Positions 13,553 through 27,044 of a stretch of DNA of 64,000 nucleotides are shown piece after piece. The notes beneath the pieces are model-generated. The model was given only the letters and a program-made list of their open reading frames with translations, did not search any database and had not been told where the DNA came from. This stretch comes from the human T2T-CHM13v2.0 reference genome, Homo sapiens. Every line of letters begins with the position of its first letter. Positions within the stretch are counted from its first letter, which is position 1. The stretch lies in assembly GCF_009914755.1 (NCBI RefSeq), contig NC_060942.1. One strand, 5' to 3'. A program made the translations under genes and the position numbers.

Positions 13553-13779
13553 TTCTACCTCTAGACAAGAATGAAGTATGCTTAACTCTGTATCCTCAGT
13601 GCTAACTGCGACACCCAGTATGTGCTAAGTATTTGGAAATGCTTTGTGAAAGAACGAATTGATATATGGAAGGATGCCATTCAGGTTTATGAACACAACT
13701 AAACACAGTTACCCTCCTGTGAAAAGAAGGCATACAAATCAAGGAAGAAAGTCTGGGAGAAGCTTTCTTGTCTTGAAGG

Positions 13780-14040
13780 ACAGTTTAGCACCATGACTAA
13801 GAATACAGGTTATGAAGATTGAATGACTGGGTTTAAATCCTTCTTTCACATTGACTAGCTATTTCCTCCACACCTCACTGTCCTCATCTGAACCATGTGG
13901 GTGACTGATAATAGCACCTGCCTCCTAGGGTTACTGGGAGGATTAAATGAGCTGATGCCCGTGGGGAACTTAGGCCCCCACACCTAGGCCCTCAAATCTA
14001 GAGCAGTGTGTACTCCATGCATGCCCCTGTTATTATTACC
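13780..14040 (+). mobile_element. MIR SINE
   Basis: gactgggtttaaatcc...cctcatctg...ataatagcacctgcctcctagggttactgggaggattaaatgag. Confidence 0.8.
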
Positions 14041-14419
14041 TTACTGCCTCTCCCCTGCCTTGATGTTCCAGGAATTCTCCTCTCCCCAAGGTTCATAATA
14101 ATTCACAGTGGGAGCTTGTGGACATCAAGGTGACTCAAATCTTCAAAAGGAAACAAGATGAATGCCAGAGTTTATTTAAATGAGTATAGGTCCTGGATTT
14201 ATTTTTCTTCCTGAGTCATTGCCCTGAGAGGATGACAAATAGGAAGCAAAGCCATTTTAAGACATGGCACTGCAGAGTTTGGGACAGCTCAGACCCATTT
14301 GGCCTCAGTAACTGGAGTTTTCCCATGAAAGTAGTCAATCTGAGAACAAGAATGTTCACTCGTTCCAGAAAATGGATTGAGTACATACTCCAGACCATGC
14401 CATGGTTTTATACACTACT

Positions 14420-15070
14420 CCCTGCTCCACACCACCAGGCCATGAGTGTACAGTCTTGGCCATGCTTCACATCAGGCCATGAGTGCATAGTGTACACCGT
14501 GCTTCAAATCAGATGATGAGCACATAGTCTACACCATGCTCCATGCCAGGCCATAAGCACATAGCCTAGGCCATGCTCCATACCAGGCCATGAGTGCACA
14601 GCCTACACCATGCTTCATATCAAGTGATGAGCACAGAGTATACAGCCTACCCCATACCAGGTCATGAGTGCACAGCCTACGCCATGCTTCAAACTAGATG
14701 ATAAGCACATAGTCTACACAATGCTCCATACCAGGCCATGAGTACATAATCTAGGCCATGCTTCACACCAGGCCATAAGCACATAGTCTACACCATGCTT
14801 CAAATCAGATGATGAGTGCATAGTCCAACACCATGCTCCATACCAGACCATAAGCACATAGTCTAGGCCATGCTCCATACCAGGCCATGAGTGCACAGCC
14901 TACACCACGCTTCAAACTAGATGATAATCACATAGTCTACACCATGCTCCATACCAAGCCATGAGTACATAATCAGGGCGATACTCCACACCAGGCCATG
15001 AGCCCATAGTCTACACCATGCTTCATATCATATGATGAACACATAATCTACACCATGCTGCATACCCAAC
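14420..15070. repeat. 37-bp minisatellite, ~17.5 copies, with higher-order structure
   Basis: Units such as CCATGCTCCATACCAGGCCATGAGTGCACAGCCTACA start at 14460, 14497, 14534, 14571, 14608, 14645, 14682, 14719, 14756, 14793, 14831, 14868, 14905, 14942, 14979, 15016 and 15053. Confidence 0.97.
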
Positions 15071-15500
15071 AATGTGCTACATTTTGAGATGCACAGGTGA
15101 ACAAAATGGCACCCCTGACCTTGTAGAGCTTAGTCTAGCAAAGGAGAAGAATATTGATGTTTGTATTAAATACCATAAGGAAAGTACTCCATGCACAATG
15201 AGGATCTAGAGCAGAGTGACCTTCCCTAGGATTAAGAGTTAGAGAAGCTTTTCTGCAGGTGACACGTGAGCAGAAACCTGACAGCTGGGAAGGAGTTAAC
15301 TAGGATAAGAAGGGAAGGTGCACTCTCCAGGGGAGTCAGAATTAGCACAGGTGCTAGAAGCCAGGGAGCTTGCACAGACGCTTCCGGGACATTTGTTTAC
15401 AATGGAGGAAGAAGGCCAAGGGAATGCAGGCCATGTAGAAGATTTTTTTCCTTCTCCTAAGAATAATGGGAAATGACTGAAAGTTTTAAGCAAAGTTGTG
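15060..15500 (-). mobile_element. L2 LINE 3' region (the rest of its 3' end lies at ~14350-14400, left of the minisatellite)
   Basis: aatgtgctacattttgagatgcacaggtgaacaaaatggcacccctgaccttgtagagcttagtctag matches the antisense L2 3' end. Confidence 0.75.
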
Positions 15501-17429
15501 ACTGCTTTCCTTCACAGAATGGAAGAAATGGTGGAGAAAATCACCTTTGTGGCCCCATAGGAAAATCAAGACTACATTGGAGGTACTGGATAAGTGATGT
15601 TACGCAAAAACAAAGAATTCTGGATGGAGCTTACATTGAGTGTAAAACAACCTAATGAAAGAGAAAACTCTGACAGAGCTGCCTGTCACATTCATCACCC
15701 TCTTTGGTACTTTGAGCTTGGATTCCATGTACTCTCTGAAGGTCAATGTGACCTCCAGCCTACGAGGTACTGGAGGCCCCTCGTCACCTGTGATGAGCTG
15801 CACTGCTGTCCAATTTAGTTTAACTGCTGGTAGGGGATCATTTTTCTTTTGGAAGCTTCTTGTTTTAGTTATTCCAATCAAATATATCATCTCTTGCTTA
15901 CTTTGGAGGTTATCTCTGTCTACTAGAATGTCATTCGTTACTGCTCACAGAATTTTTATTAATAAATGCTCACTACAGTTCATATTTCTTACTCAAACAC
16001 ATTTAATTTGTGTTCACAGGAAGCTTGCTCTGCTTGCTGTCACTGTTGTTTGCTCTACTGAGGATTAAAGCCACCTATTTATTTATTTCCTCCATTAGCC
16101 ACCTGAGAGCAGGCTAAAGAGTAGGCAACTAGAAGAAAAAAATGCCTTCTACACCATTATATTTTCCATTTTTCTGCCATTTTCTTATTCCCCCTTCATT
16201 CATCACTTATTCTGCCTTTCAAAATACCCATGTTCACTGACCCCAACAGCTAAATAACTTCATAAACTTTCATCTATTTTCTGAAGCTTCCTCCCACATG
16301 CCTACCGTGAAATCATTCGCCACCAAGCCACCTCCTCCACAGACATTTTCAGAACAAATGAATACACACAGCCTTTTTTTTTTTGTTTGCTTTTTTGGCC
16401 TAGACAGACCACAGATCCCTAAATAGAAGTAAGAAAATATATTCACTAAAGAACATCAAAACCAAGATACATCACGTACCATGTAAAGCTGGCCACTAAA
16501 TTGAGCAGTAATTTTACCACAAACAGAAATGATGAATATGTTTTTCAAATGAAAAACTCCTGACAGAGAGGCTATAAAAATCACATTACTATTGTTACAT
16601 ATTCATGTGACTAGAAATGCATCAATAAAGAGACATTCAAGAGGCCATATATTCTATACATATGGAGACCATATGTCTCAAGTTTTCTGGGAAAGAAATA
16701 TTATGTCCTGTGTACCCATATGCACAGTCATCCTTGCTGGGCCATGTGTCCCAAATTTTGTCTGAGAAAATATGGCCACTATAGCTAACATAAACAGTTA
16801 CTGCAAAACCCAAGGGATGTAGCTGGTGACGCGTGTAACTACAGTCGCTGCAGCAGGGGTTTTTGAGAGAGAAGGCACAGGAAGCAGCTCCAGGATGCAA
16901 GGATAGAGTCTCTTATAATTATCACAGGATATGGAAGAGCAAACAGTACCTTTTTTAAACTTTTCAAAGGTAGTGGTGCAGAAAAGAAACAATTTGAAGC
17001 AATCAGAGGCATGTTGCAGCAAAAATGTTTTGCAGCCAGCATTTTCAAAAACATTTGCATTGGAGGAAAGCTCACCCTGGCATTGTGGAATTAGCAATTA
17101 AAGAACAGAAATAGCTAGACCATTGTAAATGAAGTTAATGAAGACTTTAAAGGCTGAACACTGACAGTGGCAGACGACAGGCAGCGTGGAGTGACTTGGG
17201 GGGGTGCAGCACTCAGACTGGCAATTCTGATGATCTATTCACATGGTCGGGAGTGACCTGGGACAAATGGACAAGAATGGGCTTTTTCCTAGCTACACTG
17301 GAGATGACAGGACTGCCTGTTAATATCAGGATTCTGCTGTGAGTTTACCTGACTATAATTTCTTTGCTAGCATGTGTATTTATGTCTAAATTAACCATTG
17401 GGTCAAGTACCAATAATTCTTTTTAATAC

Positions 17430-17784
17430 TGTTAGAGCAGGAAAGGGAGAAGGAACGAACAGAGGCAGCTCTAGGGCAACAAAGGTTTATTGAACAAAGA
17501 TTTGCGGAGGGGGACATCAGCTAGCACCAGAGCCCACACCCCCTTACAGGCTGGGGTAATTATAGTTCCAGGAGGGAGAGGTCTGGGCTTGTTGGGAAAT
17601 GGGGTGGGCAGTGTGGTTAGCTGATGATAAGGGAGGAATTTCCTGGGGTCAGGCAGTTAGGCCTGGGACTTGTCTGGAAAGTCCCAGGATGTTTCTTATG
17701 GCCTGAGCCCTAGTGGAATTTTCCATTCTGACCAGGGTTTGCAAAATGGCAGGGGTTTACAAAATGGTGCAGCTTGGACTGTCA
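17430..17784 (-). mobile_element. LTR18-type ERVL solo LTR
   Basis: Reverse complement starts TGACAGTCCAAGCTGCACCATTTTGTAAACCCCTGCCATTTTGCA. Minus-strand AATAAA is present (tttatt ~17487). Perfect TSD AATAC at 17425-17429 and 17785-17789. Confidence 0.85.
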
Positions 17785-17799
17785 AATACCTTCATAAGA

Positions 17800-18655
17800 A
17801 ATTAAAGTTAAAAGTTTAGCTTCCGGAATCGTCTGCCCTGCTTCAAGACCCAGCTTCACCAACTACAAAGTGTTACTTAGACTCATTAAGCTTCAGTTTC
17901 CTCATCTATGAGATGGAAAAGAATTCTAGTAGCTATCTATGAAATAAAGAATTCAACATGGCCCAAAGAGAAATCTGGTCTTTTCTTTTGGTTCATGGGA
18001 GGTGCTCTCTAAGCATTTGGAAAGCCTTAGCATCTTAGTGTCCTGATAAACGTGTCTTAGTTTACCTGGGTGTGTTGGGCCACCCCAGTCTAACAATATG
18101 ATTTAGGAAGAGGGTTTCTGGTCACATGTATCATCAGTTCAACTTCGAAGGATCTAGAAGCTGAGGTCAGGCATGTCTACATGACCAATCCCCAACAAAA
18201 ACGCTGGACACCAAGGGTTGCGTAGCTTCCCTGGCTGGCAACATTCTGTGTGGTTTGTCACACATCACTGATGGGAGAAGTTAGTACTGTGACTCTACTG
18301 GGAGGAGCAACTGGAAGTTCCATGTTTTGAACCTTCCTAGATCTGCCCTGTGTGCGTCTTCTCCTGGCTGATTTTAATCCTTTTGTTGTAATAAACTGTA
18401 ACCATGAGTATAATAACTTTCAGTGAGTTTGTGAGCCCTTCTAGCAAAATATCAAAACTGAGGATTGTCTCGAGGACCCCCAAATCTGCAATTGGTGTCA
18501 GAAGTGAGAGTGGTCTTAGGGACTGTTCCCTGACTTGACACTACCTCATTCATTTGTTGTGAGGCTTAAGAGACAACCCATGTAAAGTGCCAAATGCACT
18601 GCCTGCCACCTGTTGAGTGTGCACAATAAACGTTGCAGCTGCTGCTGTTGTTACT
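17800..18655 (+). mobile_element. MIR split by an LTR insertion (MIR parts ~17800-17937 and 18541-18655)
   Basis: cttcagtttcctcatctatgagatgg on the left continues as ctacctcattcatttgttgtgagg...catgtaaagtgc on the right. Confidence 0.75.
17938..18540 (+). mobile_element. MER77/MER21-group ERVL solo LTR
   Basis: aataaagaattcaacatggcccaaagagaaatctgg..., ctacatgaccaatcccc...ctggacaccaagg, aataaactgtaaccatgagtataa, ends ...cttgaca. Near-TSD CTATC/CTACC. Confidence 0.8.
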
Positions 18656-21600
18656 AAAATCCTGAATTGGGAAATCTATAAGTGTTGTTAAGGAAAGTTG
18701 TCTTAAAGGGGTTGGACCCAAACAGTGTGTCAGATCACCATTCTCCTCCAGCAGATAGACACATAGCCCCTCAGGGACACTATAAAAAAGAAGAGGGCTA
18801 AATGTATTCCCACCTACTTTCAACCGTGACCCACTCTGATTTTTAATATTGGCATTCTTCATAAGATTTCCCTGGAAGAAAGCATTTCATACACAAAAAT
18901 TACTATAAAAACCACTCTCCTAAGCTAAGTCCACAGAATCCTGCCTGGATGAAACCTTCTTGGTTCTGCACAGCCACATTTTTTTATCTAGTTTTGATGT
19001 ATACAAACAACAAAACCTTATAAGTAAAGATACATTCAATAAACTACAAGTTATGGTTTTGTTTTGCACAAGCTTCAACTTCTTTGAACAGAAAAAAATC
19101 ATTTCCACTTGGTGAATCTGGCACCCCAATACAGAACACTGCTGTAGTTTGAATGATGACCCAAAGATAGGGCAGTCGTGTGAACTGACCTGGTGGTTTG
19201 GGGAGCCCCTCTCTCCTACCAATTCCCTATAGAGAGTGCAAAGGCATTTTAATGTGCAAGTGAGTGAAGTAAAATGTAATTATTAAATCTGCTGAATCAA
19301 CAAAACTAGGACATTACAGGACAAATGAAAAATACCCTTTTTCATTATTTTGCACTTCCACTGATTCCCTCTGAAATCATGGATGGTAAAGGATCACACG
19401 CACAGTCACACACACAATCACACCATAAGACACAAGTGCTCTAGGATCTTTGCCTTGATGGTGGATGTCAGAAAACATGAGGTTGTGAGACATCCATGAA
19501 TCATGCTGGGCTGAGAGTTCCTCACTGCTAAATTCAGGATGTTCTACAAAAATCCCTCTGACCTGAGTTGACCCAGATAAACTTTAGACAAAACTCACAG
19601 GCAGCTGAAAAAATAGAGCATTTTGCAGGTGACATTGGAAAAACCCATGCATACTGAAGGAAAGGCACAGTTATCCAAATTTTCACCTACATCAAAAGAA
19701 ACGCTACTAATGAAATATGTGTACTTAGGGGGAAAGCTTTTCCATCGTTTAAACACTGAACTTTGAACAGTTTCAGATAGAAAGACTAGTACTTCTGTAA
19801 TTAGAATACCAGTCACAAGAAACATGCAATCACAAACTCCATAGTCAAATATGTTTGAGAAATGACCTACTGTATACATTATTTTCTTGGAAGGCCATCA
19901 TGCATGAGGAGATCAGCTCCTGTCCAAATTCCTGTGTGTGATTTTTTCAGGCATAACTGTAGACAATTACAAAGATGTACCTGGAAGACCCCATGAGGGA
20001 AGCCACCCTCCCAACAGGGACCTGGTGCACGCGGCGTCTTACCTTCTCTTGGGGGAGCTGCAGGCCACGCCAGTCATGTGCTTACACATATCTGTACCTA
20101 GCCCTGACACCTGCATTCCAAGCCCTCTTTGCCGGGGTCCTACCCAGAGGCTTCCTCAGGCCCCTCTAGGTGACCTCCCTGTGGAGAGAGAGGAGCGGGA
20201 ATCTTGAAACTATTTCTCCACATTGACTCAGTACTTGATATTTCTCCAGTTCTAGCACTTTTCCAATCCTCCCACACCCTGGCTCCCAGTGCATAAAACT
20301 GCCAGAGCCTTTTCCGTTCAGGGCTCCCTCCGCAATGAGATACCCGCCACCCTCCAGGTCTGTGCTGATTCACCTGACCTTCAACCTTGTGCCATTCCAT
20401 GGGGGAAAATGGGGCAGGGGGTAGTTGGTGCTTCCTCAGGTTCAGCCCCTTGATTGTGCCATCGTTGCAGGAAGGGATTAAAGGCTGCACGGTGACTTTC
20501 CTTTTAGCTTATTGACTTCATCAACTACTCCCACACCTGGCAGCTCAGCTAGGCCCCTGGCAATGCACGTAAGTGCATTAGAGGGTCCAAGAAATCTTGT
20601 CGTCAAGAAATATACTTAACCAGGCATCTTACAAACCTATTTGACCATGGAGAATTTTTGTCATATGACTTCTATCAATAATGCCCTTTGTGAAATACAG
20701 AATTTTAATATAAACTCTGAGATAAGGAAGTCACTGCCCTATAAATTGCTGCAGGCCACTACAGGCCACACAGAGTCATCAGGGAAAATGAGCAAAAGTG
20801 CATATCAGAAAATAGGAACTGCCTAACACAGCTCTGGCTGTGTATTTCATAAGCAACTTAACATGAAAAGACGTGACTTTAACCCCAGAACCACATTCAC
20901 ATTAACCGCCTTTGGAAATCACCAGCATCAGCTCTATTCCCAAGTGTACTGTTCGTGAATGCTATACTCAAAGTACAGATTCATACTTATTGACAAACAC
21001 TTGATTGGTTTGTATAAAGGATTCAGATACTAGAGTAGATCTAACTAGTTCTAGGGTAGAATAACTAGTAAAGTAATTGGCAATCACAGTAGATGAAGGA
21101 GGTTACCTGCCCCTTTCCAGAACACAGAGCCAAGGAGGACTCTACCTGGTGGTCACGCTGCCTCCTTTCAATCACACAAGAAAGGCTGAGGGGACCACAG
21201 TGTGCAACAAAATGCAGTGCACGTTGAAACTCGGTTAACGCCTATCAGTTGACTCCCTCTCATCCATCACTGTGTTGGGTGCTAGAAGTGGTTTCTGTGG
21301 AAGCTGCAGACCCTGCAACAGAGGAGTAGAAAGTCCTAGCAGGGATACAAAGCACACTGATGTGACAATGCCAGAACACATGAACAGGAAGAAGACAGCC
21401 AAGAGCCCAGCAGATAGCACCAACAAGAGCTCCAGTTCAGAGAGGTAGATGTCATCGTAAGGTGGAACGTGTTTACAAAACAACAGGGGTCCTCATGCCT
21501 TCAAACCCCTGGAGAATGGGAACTGCAAGGAACGGTGACAGGAAGGACTCTGTGGATTTAGCCCTGAGACTGTTTCTCTAATCTGACATCCCAGTGGGAT

Positions 21601-22153
21601 GTAACAGGATATAGAATCGTCACCTTTCAGAAAAGATCCAGGTGCTGAGTCCCCACGCGGCAGTGCTGAGAGCAATTGGAAAAGGGATAAAAGTGAGTCA
21701 TTAAAATGACAGCATAAGACATTTAGTAGCAACCACATAAAAGGCAAAGATAAAAGTGTATTGAGACTATTAAACTTCATGGTGAGAGCAGAAAAGGAAG
21801 CTGGAAAGAGATGGAGCTGATAACAAGGGACTATGAAGGAGGCACCTATGCTCACTGGCTGAGATCAAGACACAGGTGGGAGGGTGGCAAAAGCTTCTTT
21901 CCAAGTTGGAATAGAAAGAAACGAGTCATTATCAGAGCATCACATGGTGTAATGAGGAACCATATGTCTTACAGCAACTGATCCAGATAAATTTTAAGTT
22001 GGAAAATCCACTAACTTTGTTATCAAGCACCTGTTGAGGGCATACTACAGATGCATGTGTTGACACGGGAGAGAGGTTGTGTTCAAAAAGTGTCTCAAAA
22101 AACAAACTTCTGCTATAATTTTCATTGAATTGGTAATTCCTCCCAGCTAGTAA

Positions 22154-22532
<379 letters not shown>

Positions 22533-23084
22533 TAAGGTGAAAATTACTCCTAGGAAATAAGAAACTAAAATATGCTCTCCACAAACTCAGAGCGGTGCTT
22601 AGCCTCAGTCCTTGAATTGCCGAGAAAGTTGCTAAGTGCATAGTCAATGCTTTTTAAAACCTTTTCCCCCCCAATCCAGGGGACTATTATTGTAACAATA
22701 GCTATAAAGGCGTTGAGTTCCTCAGAGGACTTTTATATAGACAAGGAGAAAATACAAGCAGCTTACATGATGGTTTCAGCACTGTAAATGGCCTGGGCAG
22801 CAGCGGGGCAATCTGAGAGCCCGTGTTTCATGCTTGTGCACCAGTGAAGTGTCTGGCCCTGAGTGGGCACTGGGGTTTGTTTTACAGCTGAGAAGGTGAA
22901 CCTGCCTACTTATTGGAAACCCCGCACTCAGGGCTGCCCAGCATGCGCGACCTTGAAGTTGACTTCTGAACGTAGGAGACTTTTGAGCAAAAATGCAAAA
23001 AATGCATCAGACAGTGGCCTCTTTCCAAAGTAGAACCACGTCAAGTGCACATGGGAGACAGCAGGATTTGCCTTAGAGCAAGGC

Positions 23085-23310
23085 TGAACCAGATTTGAAT
23101 CCCAGCTCTGCTGCTCAGTGATTATCCAACCTCACTAAGTTTATCCAAACTTCCCCAGCAGAATAGACATAAAATCAGCTCTCTAGAGTTGTTCCGAAGA
23201 TGAAATGAGATAATATATTTATTCATTATTCATTGACCCATATTTATTGAATGTCTCCCAAGTGATAGGAGCTGTTTTAGACACTGGAGATGCAGCAGGG
23301 ATCAAGAGCA
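23085..23310. mobile_element. MIR fragment (+) adjoining an L2 3' end (-)
   Basis: gatttgaatcccagctctgc, then attcattattcattgacccatatttattgaatg...acactggagatgcagcag. Confidence 0.65.
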
Positions 23311-24082
23311 GAGTTAATTTGAAGCTTCTGCCCCCGGGACCCCATCTCCATGTTCAGGTCTTCTTCTGAAAGAGGTGACACAGGGCCTGCCTCCCTACCG
23401 GCCTCACTTCCCCCCAAGAGGGACTAGCAGATTATTTGATGTGTGAACTCAGAGGAAGCAGCTGCCCCTGGGTGTGGTGCTTTCTCTCTGTGAGTTCTTG
23501 GGGCCGATTCTGCTCCTGCTGTGAGGAGCAAACCGGCAGATGGGGTTCAATGAAATGGGAGGGGACATCATCAGAGCCCTGGTGGAGCCCTAGGTAAGAC
23601 CACATTCCTAATTGCACTGGATCTGTTAAATGCTGATATTTTAATCCTTCTGTTTGGGAGAAGTGTGATCAATTACTACTTTCAAAAACCCAATCTAAGC
23701 AAAGGTATCTGCTCTTATAGGGCTCACATTTCAGAAGGATGAAGGAGAAATTAACATGCAAAGAAATATGGTGAACATGGATGTCTTAGAGGGTGATAGC
23801 TCCCATAAGGAAATAAAACAGGGATGGAGAGCAATGGAAATGAGGGCTAACATTTTGGAAGGATGAAGCATCTGATCCAGTATAGACACTGGATACACTG
23901 AAGTGCCTTCTCTTCCTCTAAACCAACAGTAAATATGGGTAAGATTCCTTAAATAGGTGTTTCTGGATTTTGCAGTATTAGAGGGTTAGTATTTTGAACC
24001 TCAGTTACCGTTAGACAACAGGTGTGCAGAGGTGTATGTCAATCAGATTCTAGCTGAGGTATATCTGCATAACAAGTAGTTC

Positions 24083-24767
24083 CGTTACAGGTAGACAGGC
24101 ATGAGCGAGGCATGAGAGAGCTCCCCCCGCCACCCACAAGAAGTGTCCGGTGATGGTTAGGCAATTAATGCATTGCCTCTCTAAAAGTGATAAATTGGGG
24201 CGCCAGGGAGAGGCCAGTTCCTGATGGTCCACACCTGTTAACACTAAAGTGTTAATTAAAGCAGACTCCAGGGAGAAGCAACTTCCTGGGCATGCACATT
24301 AAAAAACAATAATGATAAGTGTGACCTTCTGGGGACACTCCACCAGAAAAGGGAAGAAAGCCTCTGAAGGGCAAGCAACTCCCTAAACGCACCGTGTGTG
24401 CTCAATTCCCAAGGGTAAGGAGGGCACTGTGCCTGTGGGCAGCCCACCCTAAGGGGAGCATCACGGGAAAGGGGCCATCCTATAAAGTCCCAGGATCAAG
24501 GTAAAGGCCCCCTTTTTTCTCTCTCTCTCTTTGACCTACAGGTGCCCACTTGGTCTCTTCCAAGCAAATTTTCCTTTTTTTCCTGTTCTAAAGCCTTTTC
24601 AAATAAACTTTCACTCCTGCTCTGAAACTAGCCTCAGTATCTTTCTCTGCTTTATGCCGCTCAGTCAAATTCTTTCTTCTGAGGAGGCAAGGGCTGAAGA
24701 TGCTGCAGACCCACATGACTATGCCACCGGTAACTTGGGGTAACTCGGATCTCTTCCACCACTAACA
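24083..24767 (+). mobile_element. MER50-group ERV1 solo LTR
   Basis: (C)GTTACAGGTAGACAGGCATGAGC start, TATA (cctataaag ~24481), AATAAA ~24602, ends ...CTAACA. Perfect 4-bp TSD GTTC at 24079-24082 and 24768-24771. Confidence 0.85.
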
Positions 24768-24856
24768 GTTCCGGTCATTCATTCCTTCATTCATTCCACA
24801 AATACTCATGTGATTTTTAGGCAAATCAGGGACTAAGTGGGCAACTTAGTCCCTGG

Positions 24857-25351
24857 TGTATTAGTCTCCCATTGCTGCTGTAACAAACTCCCAAAAACTT
24901 AGTGGCTTAAATAACACAAATGTATTGTCTTACAGTCCTGGAGGCTAGAAGTTCAACACAAGTCTCAGAGGGTGACTTTCAAAGTCTCAGCAAGTCTGCA
25001 GACCTTTCTAGAGGCTCTAGGAGAGAATCCAGTCCTCACCTTTTCCAGCTTCTAGAAGTGGCCTATATTCCTCGGCTTATGGCCCCTTCCCCCATCTTCA
25101 ATGCCAGCCACAATGGGTCGAGTCCTCACAGTGCATCATTCTGATTTCCTCTTTTACCTTCCTTTCCCTCTTTAAGAGCCCTCGTGAGTACATTGGCTCC
25201 ACTCAGATAATCCAAAATAGTCTTTGCACTTCAAGGTCCTTAACCTAATCTCACATGTGAAATCCTTTTTGCTACATAAAGGAAATCTACTCACAGATTC
25301 CAGGATTAGGACAAGGCTATCCTTGAGGGGATATTATTCTGCCCATCCCAC
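24857..25351 (-). mobile_element. MLT1D-like MaLR LTR
   Basis: tgtattagtctcccattgctgctgtaacaaac...ttagtggcttaaa...ttccagcttctagaagtggcc...gggatattattctgccc. Confidence 0.88.
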
Positions 25352-27044
25352 TCTGTGTCCTGGAACTTTATGTAAATGGGGAATCTGCTACCCCATGTTT
25401 CAGGCTGATATTGTCCTGCCATTGTCTCTTTAACCTGACACCACCAGAAGAAGCTCAGACCTTTGTGCAGCTCTGCTTAAAGGAGACCAGGTCGTGTGTT
25501 TTCTCTTAGGAAGGGAAGGGAGAGCAGAGCTGCTCGTTTGACTGTTATGAGTGATCTCTCATTTTTGGTAGGAAGAAAGAATAGTAAATTAAAATACAAA
25601 CCCTGCATCATTACTCTTTATCTACTTGATTACTTAGCATAAACTGACTTTATACCACACAGCAATTTAACCTCAGGATTCTAATTAACATTCATGAATG
25701 AATGAACCTTGCATGGTTAATTCATTACATAAAATATTTACTCCTTGAGGTTGTCTTGTTACTTTAATTGTCATCTTGTAGATATTATGTTATTGCAGAG
25801 TTTTTAGTAAATCATTCAAGTTCTACAGGATGAGCCAAAGTAACTACCATCAACCCATTTTGTGGCCCTGCGGTTAAGTACTGGAGTAGCGATTTTGTAC
25901 AACATTTAACTTTTACAATCAGGACAGCCCCTGCTGTCTCATATTTCACAAACAACAAGTGAAGTACCAAGAATAAAATGTCATTATTTAACCACAAAAG
26001 TTTGTGTGGAGCTTTAACAAAGCATAAATTAGTCTAAATTTTGAAGGAAATTCTGAAATCAGCATGAGGGGGAAAATGACCAGATGATTTTAGGTAAAGT
26101 GGAAGTCTCTACTGAACTGGAAATGCTATCTCTTTTCCTTAGTCCATCAGAACCTGTGCTATGCCAGTCACATTCCCTAAGCCACAAAGACGCCAGTTTG
26201 CAAAAGTGGAGATGCCAGGCTCAGAAACCAGAGAAGCCTAGACTGGAAAAGTGCCCCAACCTGGCGGGAGACATGCTATCCAGTATATTTCACCTTCTAA
26301 CGGTGACAAAAAACTTGGCTCAAGTCTCTTCATATGCAAAATAGAATTAGGCAAAAAACTGAGGGGCCTCGCCAGCTGTCTCTGGATGCTATTATTCTAA
26401 ATAGGTTACTGAGAGGCTGTTGATTGAGTCTTGGTTCTTTACAAAGTGGATCATGGTCCTGGAGACTGGGACTGAATGCTGGGGGTGTGTTGGTTGCACT
26501 CTCTCACTCTGCCTTTCTCCTCTCTTTCCTCCATGCCAAGGTCCAGTTTACTGAGCATCTAAAGAAGATCTAAGAAGAATCAAGGACTCCAAAACATCCC
26601 CGGATAAACAGAGCCATTTAGATTTTGCTGAATTTGCTGTATATTTTTACATTTAGCCTTCTCTTTCCCCATTCCTTCCTTCATGTATGAGTCCCTGTAC
26701 TCATAAACCTGTGTGAATTTATTCATCTTCCTCTTCCCACCTGAGTTATTGATCTGTGAATCTGCAAGTTTGAATTCTTTTCCTTTTCTCCTATGGGAAC
26801 TTTTCCAGACAGAACTTCTGGGTAATCCTTTCTTATTTCTTCAAGTCTATTCTTCCTTTCATTACAAATTATTCTATTTCTGGACTATCTCTCTTTTCTC
26901 GAATAACTTTCTAGCATCTTCCAATAGTATGTTACTAAGAAATAAATTTCATTTCAACATTACGGACTGTGTCCCTAGAGAAACATAGTAGGATTCATTG
27001 GGCATATCACTTGAGAAAAACTTTGTGAATGGCTCCTAAATGAG

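Noticed and set aside
14420-15070. CRISPR-like array (37-bp periodicity)
   Set aside because: Units are contiguous with no unique spacers, there are no cas genes, and the context is primate DNA; it is a minisatellite.
21196-21273. CACAGTG...CACTGTG pair resembling RAG recombination-signal heptamers or MITE ends
   Set aside because: No convincing ACAAAAACC nonamer at 12/23 spacing and no V/J segments nearby; 7-bp matches are common by chance.
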